Assembly: GCA_963731635.1 (NCBI GenBank)
Contig: CAVSWB010000001.1
Location: 585,679-649,678, forward strand
Reading direction: 5' to 3'
DNA from: an uncultured Chloroflexia bacterium
GTDB taxonomy: Bacteria > Chloroflexota > Limnocylindria > Limnocylindrales > CSP1-4
DNA: 64,000 nt
Below, in pieces: positions 8,050-17,429 of the stretch; position 1 is the first letter of the stretch; the number at the start of each line of letters is the position of its first letter. The notes under the pieces were generated by a model. The model did not search any database. It was not told where the DNA came from and saw only the letters and a list, made by a program, of their open reading frames with translations. The translations under genes and the position numbers were made by a program.

Positions 8050-9130
8050 CGGCGCCGGTGACGCCGTAGTGGGTCACGGCTCGGATGGTGCCGTGGGCGT
8101 ACGGGACCATCAGGACGCCGCGGCCTTCCAGGGCTTCGAGGAATGCGGTCCGATCGCGACCGGGGCCGAGGCGAAAGACAACGAAGTTGGTCGTGGCACG
8201 ATTGGGGTCGAGCCGCCCGAGCTCCGGCTGTGCCAGGCCGCCCGGCGATTCGATGCCGTGGACCGTGGCCAGGCCCTCCGCCAGGCGACGAGCATTGGCG
8301 TGGTCTTCGGCGAGTCGCGCGATCATGCCGTCGGGGCCGTCGCTCAAAGCCACCAGGCCGGCGGCCGCCAGGATCCCGACCTGCCGCATGCCCCCGCCGA
8401 CGAGCTTCCGTCCGCGGCGCGCGCGGGCGATGAATTCCGTGCTGCCGACGACAACGGAACCGATCGGACACGCGAGCCCCTTCGAGAGGCAGAACGTGAC
8501 CGAATCGGCGGGCGCCGCGAGGGCTCGCGGGCTGATGCCCAGCGCCACGGTTGCGTTGAAGAAGCGGGCGCCGTCCACGTGGAGAGGCACGCCGTGGGCC
8601 CGGGCGATCGCTGCGACGGCCGCCGTGTATTCGAGCATCAGCGCTTGACCCATCGAATGGGCGTGGGTGTTCTCCAACTCGATCAGTCCGGTGATCGGCT
8701 CGTGCAGGTCGCGTGGGTCGCGGAAGGCTTCTTCGAGCTCGCCGAGATCGAATGTGCCGTCCGGGCGCTCGCGCATCTGCCTGACGGAGGTCCCGACGAC
8801 GACGGCATGGCCGGCCTGCTCGTCATCGACCATGTGCGTCGAGGCGCCGGCGATGGTTTCCTGGCCGCGGCCGAGATGTGCCAGCTGCGCCACCAGATTG
8901 CCCATCGTGCCGCTCGAAACGAACAGGCCTGCTTCCTTGCCGAGCATGTCGGCGGCGCGCGCCTCGAGGGCATTGACGGTCGGGTCGTCGCCGAAGACAT
9001 CGTCACCGAGCTCGGCCTCGAACATCGCCCGGCGCATCGCCGGCGACGGGTGCGTGACAGTGTCGCTGCGCAGGTCGATGCGGCCGCCGCGAGATGGGTC
9101 GGGTGTGACGCGAGTGTGGTCGATAGTCAT
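7955..9130 (-). CDS. ltaE: low-specificity L-threonine aldolase (PLP-dependent, beta-eliminating lyase family)
   Basis: DLRSDTVT...DDVFGDDPT...SGTMGN...ENTH...FCLSKGL (PLP lysine). ATG at 9130 (MTIDH). Confidence 0.85.
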   Translation of the reverse strand: MTIDHTRVTPDPSRGGRIDLRSDTVTHPSPAMRRAMFEAELGDDVFGDDPTVNALEARAADMLGKEAGLFVSSGTMGNLVAQLAHLGRGQETIAGASTHMVDDEQAGHAVVVGTSVRQMRERPDGTFDLGELEEAFRDPRDLHEPITGLIELENTHAHSMGQALMLEYTAAVAAIARAHGVPLHVDGARFFNATVALGISPRALAAPADSVTFCLSKGLACPIGSVVVGSTEFIARARRGRKLVGGGMRQVGILAAAGLVALSDGPDGMIARLAEDHANARRLAEGLATVHGIESPGGLAQPELGRLDPNRATTNFVVFRLGPGRDRTAFLEALEGRGVLMVPYAHGTIRAVTHYGVTGADVDRVVGACAEALDEITSKVTARVAATAMER

Positions 9131-9237
9131 GGTCGGTCGAGTATAGGTCGGTGCGCTCGGCGCGCTCGGGGCGCGCCCCCGGGGCTGCGCATCGCAGGCG
9201 CGCGCGCCTGCCACCTGCTATCCTTCGCCGTCGGCGT

Positions 9238-9314
9238 GGGCTCGTGGTGTAGCGGCCTAACATGCCAGCCTGTCACGCTGGAGATCGCCGGTTCGAATCC
9301 GGTCGAGCCCGCCA
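9238..9314 (+). tRNA. tRNA-Asp (GTC), CCA encoded
   Basis: GGGCTCG TG GTGT AGCGGCCTAACAT G CCAGC CTGTCAC GCTGG AGATC GCCGG TTCGAAT CCGGT CGAGCCC G CCA. It forms a complete cloverleaf. Confidence 0.95.
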
Positions 9315-9329
9315 TATCGCATCTCCTAG

Positions 9330-9351
9330 CCCCGTCCCCGCCCGGACGGGG
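9330..9351 (+). terminator. hairpin after tRNA-Asp
   Basis: CCCCGTCC-N6-GGACGGGG followed by CTCTTCCTTG. Confidence 0.5.
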
Positions 9352-9364
9352 CTCTTCCTTGTCT

Positions 9365-9406
9365 GCGTCGGGCGTCGGGCGTCGGGCGTCGGGCGTCGGG
9401 CGCCGG
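9365..9406. repeat. heptamer tandem repeat (GCGTCGG x4, GCGCCGG x2)
   Basis: Read directly from the sequence. It lies in the non-coding gap between tRNA-Asp and the ribokinase gene. Confidence 0.9.
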
Positions 9407-9542
9407 GCGCCGGGCCGACGCGCCTGCCGCGCCGGCCGAGTCGACGGCGCGAAGCGCGTGCCAAACGGTCGACTCTGACGGACAATCAATCGACCAATCG
9501 CCGCAGGGGTGGCGTCACCGACACTGAGGAGGCGTCAACTGC

Positions 9543-10940
9543 ATGAGCGGTCGCGTCATCGTGGTCGGCTCGGTCAATATCGATCTGGTCGCCCGCGTTC
9601 CTCATTTGCCGCATCCCGGCGAAACGGTCACGGGTGGTAGCTACGATCGCCACCACGGAGGCAAGGGCGGGAATCAGGCGGTGGCCGCAGCCCGGCTGCG
9701 ACGACCGACCCTCTTCATCGGCGCGCTGGGCGATGACTCGTTCGAGGGCGAAGCTCGCCGGGCGCTGAGTTCCGAGCGCGTCGACGTTTCGATGGTTGCC
9801 TCCCTGGCGGGCCACTCGACAGGCATGGCTCTCATCCTGGTCGACTCGACGGGCGAGAACGAGATCGCCGTCGTGCCGGGCGCCAACGGCGCTATCGAGA
9901 AGGGCTATGTCAGCGAGTGCCTGGCTCGTCTGGGCAGGCTCACAGGGGATGTCGTCCTGGTCTGCAACGAGGTCCCACTCCACGTCGTGCGAGAGGCCCT
10001 CGTCTGCGCCCACGCCTCCGGCGGCACGACGATCCTCAACCCCGCACCCGCCCTGGGCCTCGATCGGTCGGTCCTTGCTTTGGCCGACATCATCACGCCG
10101 AACCGGAACGAGCTGGCGACGCTCCTCCACAGCGAATCGCGCCGCACCGGCCGCCGAAACGATACCAGCCAGGAGGTTCCGGCTCGGGCGCGCCAGCTCC
10201 TCGAAGCCGGCGTCGATGGGCCCGGCGTACGCAAGGCCGTGATCGTGACCCTGGGCGCAGCCGGCGTGATGGTCCTCGAGCGCGTCGGATCCGGCCTCGA
10301 GGGGTCGACGGCCGGGGCCGGGCCGGCATTGCGAACCTTCGCTGCCACGGCACCGGAAGTCCCTTCCGCGCCAGGGGAACCCGAACGCGGCCCGTGCGAA
10401 GAGGCGGACACTGCCCTGCCCCTCGAGCCCGGCCCCGCGCCGGCCGAGGACGAGCTTCGGGTCTGGGAAGTGCCCGGCGAGCGCGTCGCAACGGTGGACA
10501 GCACCGGGGCCGGGGATGCCTTCGTGGGCGCGCTGGCCGCAGCGATCGCCGAGGGGCGCCCGCTGGCCGAGGCCGTTCGCCGGGCCGTGGCGGCCGGCGC
10601 GCTTGCCACCACGCACAACGGCGCCCGCGAAGGCATGCCGACCGCCCTGGAACTCGAGGAATTCCTGGCGAGTCGTATTCACCAGGCGTTGCTCGGTCGT
10701 CCCCGCTCGCAGCAGGGCTTGAAGCGATGCTCGTTCAGACTCGCTGATGGCCAGTGGAGACGCTGGGTGGTTCGGCATACACCAAATGTAGCGCGAACGG
10801 CGAGAACTGCTGAGCTTGTTGCGATGCGGGACACTAGCGACGAAGGGACCGGCAGTTGCGGCCGGGGAGTCGGGTACCATATGGCGCGCGCAAGCCCGCA
10901 CGACTCATCCGTGAACGGCCGCCGGACGCAGGCAGGGTGA
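9543..10940 (+). CDS. rbsK: ribokinase (PfkB family) with an internal low-complexity insertion and a long C-terminal tail
   Basis: VVGSVNIDL...GGKGGNQAVAAARL...NPAPA...DSTGAGDAF...GAREGMP. GAGGAGG precedes the ATG at 9543. The stop TGA overlaps the next ATG (TGATG at 10938..10942). Confidence 0.8.
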   Translation: MSGRVIVVGSVNIDLVARVPHLPHPGETVTGGSYDRHHGGKGGNQAVAAARLRRPTLFIGALGDDSFEGEARRALSSERVDVSMVASLAGHSTGMALILVDSTGENEIAVVPGANGAIEKGYVSECLARLGRLTGDVVLVCNEVPLHVVREALVCAHASGGTTILNPAPALGLDRSVLALADIITPNRNELATLLHSESRRTGRRNDTSQEVPARARQLLEAGVDGPGVRKAVIVTLGAAGVMVLERVGSGLEGSTAGAGPALRTFAATAPEVPSAPGEPERGPCEEADTALPLEPGPAPAEDELRVWEVPGERVATVDSTGAGDAFVGALAAAIAEGRPLAEAVRRAVAAGALATTHNGAREGMPTALELEEFLASRIHQALLGRPRSQQGLKRCSFRLADGQWRRWVVRHTPNVARTARTAELVAMRDTSDEGTGSCGRGVGYHMARASPHDSSVNGRRTQAG

Positions 10941-11459
10941 TGGCAGACTTACAGACGATCCCGCGGATGCCCAGACGCTCGCTCTGGAGACAGATCCGGA
11001 GCATCCATCCCGCATTCGTCCTCGCGGCGCTTGACCTGATCGGGCTCGGCATCGCGTCGTACCTGTCGTACACGGAGTTGTCCGGCGGGCGAGTGTTCTG
11101 CCCGGCATCGGGGCCGCTCGAAGGCTGCCTCAAGGTCCAGGACAGTGTCTATGCGCGGCCGGTCGCCGGCATTCCCGTGGCCGTCTACGGTGTGTTCCTC
11201 TCGATCACACTCTTTGCGCTGGCGATCCTGTGGTGGCGGACGGGCAACTACAAGCTGCTGCTGGCTCATTACGGCCTGTCCCTTGTTGGGGTAGCCTTCG
11301 AGGGCTGGTTCCAGTTCGCCCAGATCTTCCTGGTCGGTGCGATCTGCATCTGGTGCGAGTCGTACGGGATTTCGCTGAATTCTTCGGTTCGTCGTCGCCC
11401 TGTGGGTTTACCTGCATACGCCCAACCCGGACCAGGCCGCAGTCGACGAGCCACTCTGA
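10940..11459 (+). CDS. vitamin K epoxide reductase (VKOR) family membrane protein, one frameshift near 11375
   Basis: Multi-TM protein with a loop Cys pair and CIWC. After ...CIWCESYGISL the hydrophobic continuation ILRFVVALWVYLHTPNPDQAAVDEPL-stop is in another frame. Confidence 0.7.
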
Positions 11460-11489
11460 CAGTCGATCAATTCCATAGAGGGTTTAGTA

Positions 11490-12434
11490 ATGACATCAAA
11501 CCGCCCGACCGGGCGCCCCGCGAAGAACACCGTGCCCCCGACGAGTCGGCGATCGGCACGGCAGCAGCGTCTCGCCAATCGCGAGGCAAATCGGGCCCTC
11601 TCGAAAGCCGGCACGCACGGCACGAGCGGCCCGGCCCGGAGCTCGCTGATGCTCTGGAGCCTGGCCTTCGTCGTCGTGGCTGTAGTGGTCGTCGGTGCCC
11701 TGATCTTCGCGACCCAGAACAATCAGCCCGCGCCGCCCAACGGCAGTCCGATTCCGCCTGTGGTCGTCACGGCTTCGAACATTCCTTCGAACGGGTTCGT
11801 CCTCGGCAACCCCGATGCCAAGGTCACCGTCGACATCTACGAGGACTTCCGCTGTTCGTACTGCTTCGACTTCACGACGCAGGGCGACGAGAAGAACCTG
11901 GAAGACAACTACATCGCGACCGGCAAGGCCAAGATGGTCTGGCACAACTTCATCACGATTGATGCGGGTGACCACACGACGGCTTCGCGCGACGCGGCCA
12001 ACGCCGCCTGGTGCGCCGCCGACCAGGGCAAGTTCTGGGTCATGCACGACTGGCTCTACGCGAACCAGTCGCCGACCGAGGCCGCTTCGGCATTCACTCT
12101 GGCCCGGCTCTCCCAGATCGGCCAGGATGCCGGCTTGAACATGGCGCAATACCAGCCGTGTCTCGATCAAGGCACCCATAACGCCGACATTGCGGCGGAG
12201 CAAAAGAGCCTCCCGACGGACGCCGGCGGAACCCCGGCCATCTACGTGAACAAGAAGCTCATATCCGGCTTCGCCTACGCTGACATCAAGGCCGCGATCG
12301 ACACGGCGCTGGGCGTGCCTTCCCCGTCTCCGTCCGCCAGCGCTTCGGCGTCGGCATCGCCCTCGGCCACGGCCACGGCGACGGCCACGGCGACGGCCAC
12401 AGCCACAGCCACGGCTTCGGCCTCCGCCTCCTGA
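11490..12434 (+). CDS. membrane-anchored DsbA-family thiol:disulfide oxidoreductase
   Basis: One N-terminal TM helix and a thioredoxin fold with FRCSYCF (CxxC). The C-terminal tail is (Ser/Ala/Thr)n low complexity. AGAGGG precedes the ATG. Confidence 0.85.
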   Translation: MTSNRPTGRPAKNTVPPTSRRSARQQRLANREANRALSKAGTHGTSGPARSSLMLWSLAFVVVAVVVVGALIFATQNNQPAPPNGSPIPPVVVTASNIPSNGFVLGNPDAKVTVDIYEDFRCSYCFDFTTQGDEKNLEDNYIATGKAKMVWHNFITIDAGDHTTASRDAANAAWCAADQGKFWVMHDWLYANQSPTEAASAFTLARLSQIGQDAGLNMAQYQPCLDQGTHNADIAAEQKSLPTDAGGTPAIYVNKKLISGFAYADIKAAIDTALGVPSPSPSASASASASPSATATATATATATATATASASAS

Positions 12435-12479
12435 GCTGGGCCGGGCGACCCCGGCCCGAAATCTCGCCACGCGACAAAT

Positions 12480-12512
12480 CGACGGCGCCCGAAAGGGCGC
12501 CGTCGTTGGTTT
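12480..12512 (+). terminator. rho-independent terminator between convergent genes
   Basis: CGACGGCGCCC-GAAA-GGGCGCCGTCG followed by TTGGTTTCGG. Confidence 0.7.
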
Positions 12513-12531
12513 CGGGGCGTGGAGGGCGCCG

Positions 12532-13260
12532 CTACTCGCGGGCGACTGCCTCGATCAATCCCAGCTGACGGCGCAACTCCTGCGCCGCCTTCCAGTGATC
12601 GGCGGCGGTCGCTTCCAGGCGCAAGCTCTCGCGGGTGCTCCAGTCGGAGAGCAGGCGGTTGGCGTCGCTCAGGGAGTGGCCCCGCCTCAGGCGTTCGTGA
12701 ACGTACTGGACGAAGGCGCAGTAGAGCGTTGTCGGTGTGGCGGCGGCGACAAGCGCCTCCGTGCCCGGCACGAAATCGATCGGCACCTTCATTCGCCCGA
12801 AGAAGCCGCCGACCTCGGCAGTCAGCGGGTCCAGCCCCTGGCTGTGGCCGCTCCATCGCAGGATGGGCGCGTGGCTGCTGAAATCGACGACCACCATTCC
12901 CGTGCTGGTGAGTTCCGCCCGCAGCGCGCCGCCGAAGCTCAGGAACTGGTTGCTGATCCCCAGCCGATCGGTAAGCGTGATCCGGCCCCAGGCGTAGGTG
13001 GAGTCGATCGGATAACGAGAGTCGCGATCGAGCTTTGCGGCGCGACCGCGGCTGCCCTCCGTTGCCCAGTAGGCTATATCTTCGGGATCGAAGTGCTTGA
13101 GCGTCGGCAGGGGCCGCAGGGCCGAGAGCAGGTGGCTCGTCCTGCCACCGTTCGAATGATCGGGTTCGACCAAAGCGAAACCGAGGTTGTCGAGCAGCTT
13201 GTCGGCCTGGTCGACCCAGCGGCCGCAGTCTGCCAGCGCGGAAAGCTGCTCCATCGTCAT
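12532..13260 (-). CDS. hypothetical protein (242 aa), no family recognised
   Basis: Intact ORF with ordinary amino-acid composition (MTMEQLSALADCGRW...) and no TM segment. Confidence 0.6.
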   Translation of the reverse strand: MTMEQLSALADCGRWVDQADKLLDNLGFALVEPDHSNGGRTSHLLSALRPLPTLKHFDPEDIAYWATEGSRGRAAKLDRDSRYPIDSTYAWGRITLTDRLGISNQFLSFGGALRAELTSTGMVVVDFSSHAPILRWSGHSQGLDPLTAEVGGFFGRMKVPIDFVPGTEALVAAATPTTLYCAFVQYVHERLRRGHSLSDANRLLSDWSTRESLRLEATAADHWKAAQELRRQLGLIEAVARE

Positions 13261-13294
13261 CGCTACTGCACCATAACTCGGACTGGGCCGCTCG

Positions 13295-14290
13295 TCACGT
13301 GGGATCCACGGCCGGGGCCGGAGAGACGACCGCCCGGTGCGACCAGCCGAGCCGGATGAGGGCCATCGCCCCGCCGATCGAACTTACCGCCAACGTTAGG
13401 ACGTGGATCAGCACGGCCAACGCGAGTCCCTCGGAACTCACCAGCCCGAACGCGGCGGCGATGCTCTGGCCGGCGTACTCGAACGTGCCGAGGTAGCCCG
13501 GTCCGGATGGGACCGCGGTGGCGAGGTTGGTGCCGGCCGCCAGCAGCGCGCCCTCGCCCAGGGTCAGCTGGATCCCCAGCGACTGCCCGACCGCCAGGAC
13601 CGCGAAAACGGTGCAGCTCCAGGCCGCGACGCTGAGCAGGCCCGCAGCGGCCACCGTCCGCGGCATGGCGGCAACCCGCAAGCCGTCGCGCAGACGGGTC
13701 GCCACGCCGACGAAACGCGGCCAGCGGTTCAGGAACACGGCAGCACGCTCGGCGCCGGGGAGCCTGTGGGCAGCCAGTGCGATCGCAAGAGCCACGACCA
13801 GGACCCCGGCCAGGGCCACGCCAACGAGCACGGCACTCGCAACGACCCCGCGGATGTTGAGGATCAGAATGGCCGCCGCTCCGATGCCGACGAGCACTAC
13901 GGTGTCGACGATGCGCTCGACCACGACGGTGCCCAGGGTGGCGCTGCGGCTGATTCCCTCGCGGTCGCCCAGGTAGTGGCTGCGAACCAGCTCTCCGAGG
14001 CGCGCGGGCAGGACGTTGTTGGCGAGATAGCCGACGAGCATGTACGCGCTGAGGCGCCGCAGCGGCACGGGCTTGATGGGTGCGACAAGGCACTGCCAGC
14101 GAAGGGCCCGGAAGAACAGATCCGCGGACACTCCGACAAGGGCCAGGGCGAGCCACGCAGGCCGGGCGCCGCCCAGGAGATCGGCGGTCTTGCCCAGGTC
14201 CACGCCCCGCAGCACGAGGTAGATGCAGGCCAGCGACACGACGATCCCGATCGCGGCTCTCCCGAAGCCGGTGGTCAAGCGCCGAGTCAT
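13295..14290 (-). CDS. flippase-like / lysylphosphatidylglycerol-synthase TM-region family membrane protein
   Basis: About 8 TM helices, with FFRALRWQ...GYLANNVLPARLGE...VERIVD typical of that family. It sits directly downstream of a GT2 gene. Confidence 0.7.
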   Translation of the reverse strand: MTRRLTTGFGRAAIGIVVSLACIYLVLRGVDLGKTADLLGGARPAWLALALVGVSADLFFRALRWQCLVAPIKPVPLRRLSAYMLVGYLANNVLPARLGELVRSHYLGDREGISRSATLGTVVVERIVDTVVLVGIGAAAILILNIRGVVASAVLVGVALAGVLVVALAIALAAHRLPGAERAAVFLNRWPRFVGVATRLRDGLRVAAMPRTVAAAGLLSVAAWSCTVFAVLAVGQSLGIQLTLGEGALLAAGTNLATAVPSGPGYLGTFEYAGQSIAAAFGLVSSEGLALAVLIHVLTLAVSSIGGAMALIRLGWSHRAVVSPAPAVDPT

Positions 14291-14315
14291 GAGGCGTCGG
14301 GCTCCGCGGGGGCGA

Positions 14316-15143
14316 TCAACGACCGGGGGTGGTGCGGCGGCCGAGCTTCTTGGAGTGGCGCAAGCGCGTCCGGTGGAGCATGAAACGCAAGACGACCTTC
14401 AGCGTGGAAAGCCCGTACACGACGCTGCGCCGGAAGTTGACCGAGCTCGCCTCCTCGAAATAGCGCGTCGGTACGCCGATCTCTCCGACCCTCATGTGGA
14501 CGGCGACGGCCTGCGCCACAAGCTCCTGATCGAAGACGAAGTCGTCGCTGTTGAGCCGGTACGGGATCGTCTCGAGCAGGTTGCGGCTGTAGGCGCGGAA
14601 GCCGGTGTGGTACTCGGAGAGATGCAAGCCGAAGGCGAGATTCTCGGCGGTCGTCAGGAAGCGGTTGCTGATGTACTTCCAGATCGGCATTCCGCCCGCG
14701 AGAGGATCGCCCAGGAAGCGGCTGCCCAGCATGAGGTCCTTTTCGCCGTCCAGGATCGGCTGGACCAGGGCCGGTATGCACGTCGCGTCGTACTGGTAAT
14801 CGGGGTGGAGCATCACCACGGCATCCGCGCCGGCGGCCAGCGCCGCGTCGTAGCAGGTCTTCTGGTTGCCGCCGTAGCCGAGGTTCTGATTGTGGATCAG
14901 GACGTCGAGTCCGAGCTGGTGTGCCACCGCGACGGTCTCGTCCTTGGACACGTCGTCGACGAGGATGATCCGGCTCACGAATGAGTGGGGAATGTCGCGG
15001 TAGGTACGCTCGAGCGTCTTTGCGGCGTTGTAAGCGGGCATCACGACCACCACGCAGGGCCAGGCGCTTGACGCGGAATCGGCGGGCGGCTGCGAAACGA
15101 GTTGTTCGACGGCCGGGAGCGGCCTGGGTTCCTCCACCCGCAT
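14316..15143 (-). CDS. family 2 glycosyltransferase
   Basis: VVMPAYNAAKTL...ILVDDVSKDET...GYGGNQK...HPDYQYD. Confidence 0.85.
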   Translation of the reverse strand: MRVEEPRPLPAVEQLVSQPPADSASSAWPCVVVVMPAYNAAKTLERTYRDIPHSFVSRIILVDDVSKDETVAVAHQLGLDVLIHNQNLGYGGNQKTCYDAALAAGADAVVMLHPDYQYDATCIPALVQPILDGEKDLMLGSRFLGDPLAGGMPIWKYISNRFLTTAENLAFGLHLSEYHTGFRAYSRNLLETIPYRLNSDDFVFDQELVAQAVAVHMRVGEIGVPTRYFEEASSVNFRRSVVYGLSTLKVVLRFMLHRTRLRHSKKLGRRTTPGR

Positions 15144-15231
15144 AGCCTACCGTAATCGTGGGGTCGGCCGCCCTCGCCGGAGCGGCGCCACCCGGCGATG
15201 CCCGCCACGCCGCGCCACGCCGCGCGCCGGG

Positions 15232-16455
15232 CTAGATGCGCTCGATCACCATTGCGATGCCCTGGCCCACGCCGATACACATCGTGGCCAGACCGTACCT
15301 GCCGCCCGACCTCCGCAGCGAGTGGACGAGCGTCGTCACGAGCCGGCCGCCGCTCGCTCCCAGTGGGTGTCCCAGGGCGATGGCGCCGCCGTCGACGTTG
15401 ACCCGGTCGGGATCCAGGCCCAGTTCGCGGATGCAGGCCACGGATTGGCTGGCGAAGGCTTCGTTGAGCTCGATCAGGTCGATCTCGCCGATGTCGAGGC
15501 CGGCTCGCTCGAGGACTTTGCGCGTCGCCGGGATCGGACCGAGGCCCATCAGCGCAGGATCGACACCGGCCACGGCCGTGGCGACGACGCGGGCCATCGG
15601 GGTGAGCCCGAGGGCGCGGGCGCGCTCGCTCTCCACGATGAGCGCCGCCGAGGCGCCGTCGTTGATACCGCTGGAGTTGCCGGCGGTGACGGTGCCCCCT
15701 TCACGGAACGCGGGCTTGAGCCTGGCCAGCCCTTCCAGAGTTGCTTCCGGCCGCGGATGCTCGTCGCTCCGAACCATGATCGGCTCGCCTTTGCGCTGGC
15801 GGACGGCGACCGGAACGATCTGCTCGTCGTACCAGCCGGCCTCGATCGCGCGGGCGGCGTTGCGCTGGCTTCGGAGCGCGAACTCGTCCTGGTCCGCGCG
15901 CGAGACGCCGAGCCGTTCGGCCACGTTCTCGCCGGTCTCGCCCATCGAATACGGGTGGTGGCGAGCGGCCAGGGCCGGGTTCACGAAACGCCAGCCCAGG
16001 GTCGTGTCGACCAGTTCGTGCGTTCCCCGCTCGAAAGCCGTCTCGGGCTTGAGCATGACGTATGGGGCTCGGCTCATCGACTCGACGCCGCCGGCAATGA
16101 AGACGTCGCCTTCAGCCATGCCGATGGCGTGAGCCGCGGAGCTGATCGCCTGCAGACCGCTGCCGCACAGCCGGTTGACCGTCAGCCCGGCCACCTCGAT
16201 CGGCAGGCCGGCGACCAGGGCCGCCATTCGAGCGACGTTGCGATTGTCCTCGCCAGCCTGGTTGGCGCAGCCCAGGATCACGTCTTCGACGAGACCGCCA
16301 TCGATCCCAGTGTGTTCGAGGAGTGCCGAGATGACCGTCGCCGCAAGGTCGTCCGGCCTGACCGAGGCCAGCGCTCCGCCGTAGCGGCCGAACGGCGTTC
16401 GCAGCGCAGCGACGATCCAGGCCTCGCGAACGGGTCTGTCGAGCTGGCGCGTCAT
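15232..16455 (-). CDS. acetyl-CoA C-acetyltransferase (thiolase II)
   Basis: [10 protein letters not shown] active-site Cys, [31 protein letters not shown]. Start taken at MTRQLDRP (16455); the ORF extends to 16479. Confidence 0.9.
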   Translation of the reverse strand: MTRQLDRPVREAWIVAALRTPFGRYGGALASVRPDDLAATVISALLEHTGIDGGLVEDVILGCANQAGEDNRNVARMAALVAGLPIEVAGLTVNRLCGSGLQAISSAAHAIGMAEGDVFIAGGVESMSRAPYVMLKPETAFERGTHELVDTTLGWRFVNPALAARHHPYSMGETGENVAERLGVSRADQDEFALRSQRNAARAIEAGWYDEQIVPVAVRQRKGEPIMVRSDEHPRPEATLEGLARLKPAFREGGTVTAGNSSGINDGASAALIVESERARALGLTPMARVVATAVAGVDPALMGLGPIPATRKVLERAGLDIGEIDLIELNEAFASQSVACIRELGLDPDRVNVDGGAIALGHPLGASGGRLVTTLVHSLRRSGGRYGLATMCIGVGQGIAMVIERI

Positions 16456-16501
16456 GCGGTCGATTGTACGGCGGTGCAAGCACGAGCCACGCCCGCCCGG
16501 T

Positions 16502-17200
16502 TCACGGCAATGCGGCCAGGGACTGGACTATTCCCACCAGATCGAGTGCCGGGTTGCCGATGACGAAATAGACGATGTCGCCCTTGGCGTACACGTACGC
16601 CGTGTTCGGGCCCTTGGCCGCGTCAACTCCCGGATCTGTGATCTGCAGAACCGGTGTCTTGGGCAGGCTCGTGACGGTCTTGTTCGGCCAGCTCATCTTG
16701 GTCGCGACGTCCGAGAGCCCCGCGACCAGCGCGGCGGCGTCGGCCCCGGGGACCTGGATCGCGCGCAGGTTGGCGTTGTCGTGCCCGGTCAGATCTTCGG
16801 CCAGGGCCATGTCCACTTCGTCGGGAGTCTTTCCGAACTTCACGAGCCAGCTCGCGTATAGGACGCTGTCGCCCCCGGTGACCGAGGCGATGTAGCTCGA
16901 AACCGGCATGCTCCATTTGGTGAGGGTGACCTGCCCGATCACGCTTGGAAGCTTGTCCTCGAGCGCAGCGTCGACGTGGGCCAGGGGATACGTCTGCCCG
17001 GCGGTCGGGGTCGCCGTAGGCGAAGGCTGGCTGGTCGATGCGGCGACGGTTGCGCTCGGGCCGATGGTGACCGTCGCAGGGTTCGAGGCGGGGAGGAAGG
17101 GCGTGGCCGTCAGGGGGCTTGCGTGACAGCCCGCGGTGAGCAAGGCCACGAGGCCCAAACCGGCCACACATGAACCCAGGCGACTGATGCGGCGGACCAT
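16502..17200 (-). CDS. lipoprotein of unknown function
   Basis: [25 protein letters not shown] lipobox, then a PT-rich linker and a 170-aa domain. It is divergent from the sigma gene. Confidence 0.6.
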   Translation of the reverse strand: MVRRISRLGSCVAGLGLVALLTAGCHASPLTATPFLPASNPATVTIGPSATVAASTSQPSPTATPTAGQTYPLAHVDAALEDKLPSVIGQVTLTKWSMPVSSYIASVTGGDSVLYASWLVKFGKTPDEVDMALAEDLTGHDNANLRAIQVPGADAAALVAGLSDVATKMSWPNKTVTSLPKTPVLQITDPGVDAAKGPNTAYVYAKGDIVYFVIGNPALDLVGIVQSLAALP

Positions 17201-17429
17201 CGAATAACCCCACAGGCAAGACGCGACGGGCTGTCGCGGCCGAGCATGGCGTCCGAGGCGCGGGTATGTCAAACCGGGGCCGCGGCCGCCGCTCGGCGGA
17301 GTCCGGGAGCCTCGCGCCGGCGACGGCGGTAAGGGCTTACGGCAGTACCAAACAGTACCGGTGGCGCATTGTCCATGGCCTCGGCGATCCCTATCTTCGA
17401 ATTCCATGGACCACAAGGGAGCTCCTCGA

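Noticed and set aside
7880-9478. Very long ORFs antisense to confirmed genes: 7880..9478, 9486..10901, 22994..24898, 26916..28880, 32493..34265, 41617..42813, 47734..49248, 50421..52313 and 25694..27232.
   Set aside because: Their translations are Arg/Gly/Pro/Asp-rich with no recognisable motifs. They lie opposite ORFs with clear family signatures. This is the expected stop-codon depletion in the antisense frames of GC-rich coding DNA.
10680-10778. IS630-like or HTH transposase N-terminal fragment on the minus strand (PLAISESERASLQALLRAGTTEQRLV).
   Set aside because: Only about 30 residues of loose pattern similarity exist and nothing continues beyond them. That is too weak to call a feature. 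It is mentioned only as context for the ribokinase tail.
12330-12431. Codon-level tandem repeats (GCC ACG / CCG ACC and similar) at 12330..12431, 19590..19735, 21125..21290, 38990..39200 and 47140..47260 as independent repeat elements.
   Set aside because: They are in frame inside ORFs and encode Pro/Thr/Ala/Ser linkers of exported proteins. They are low-complexity coding sequence rather than separate features.
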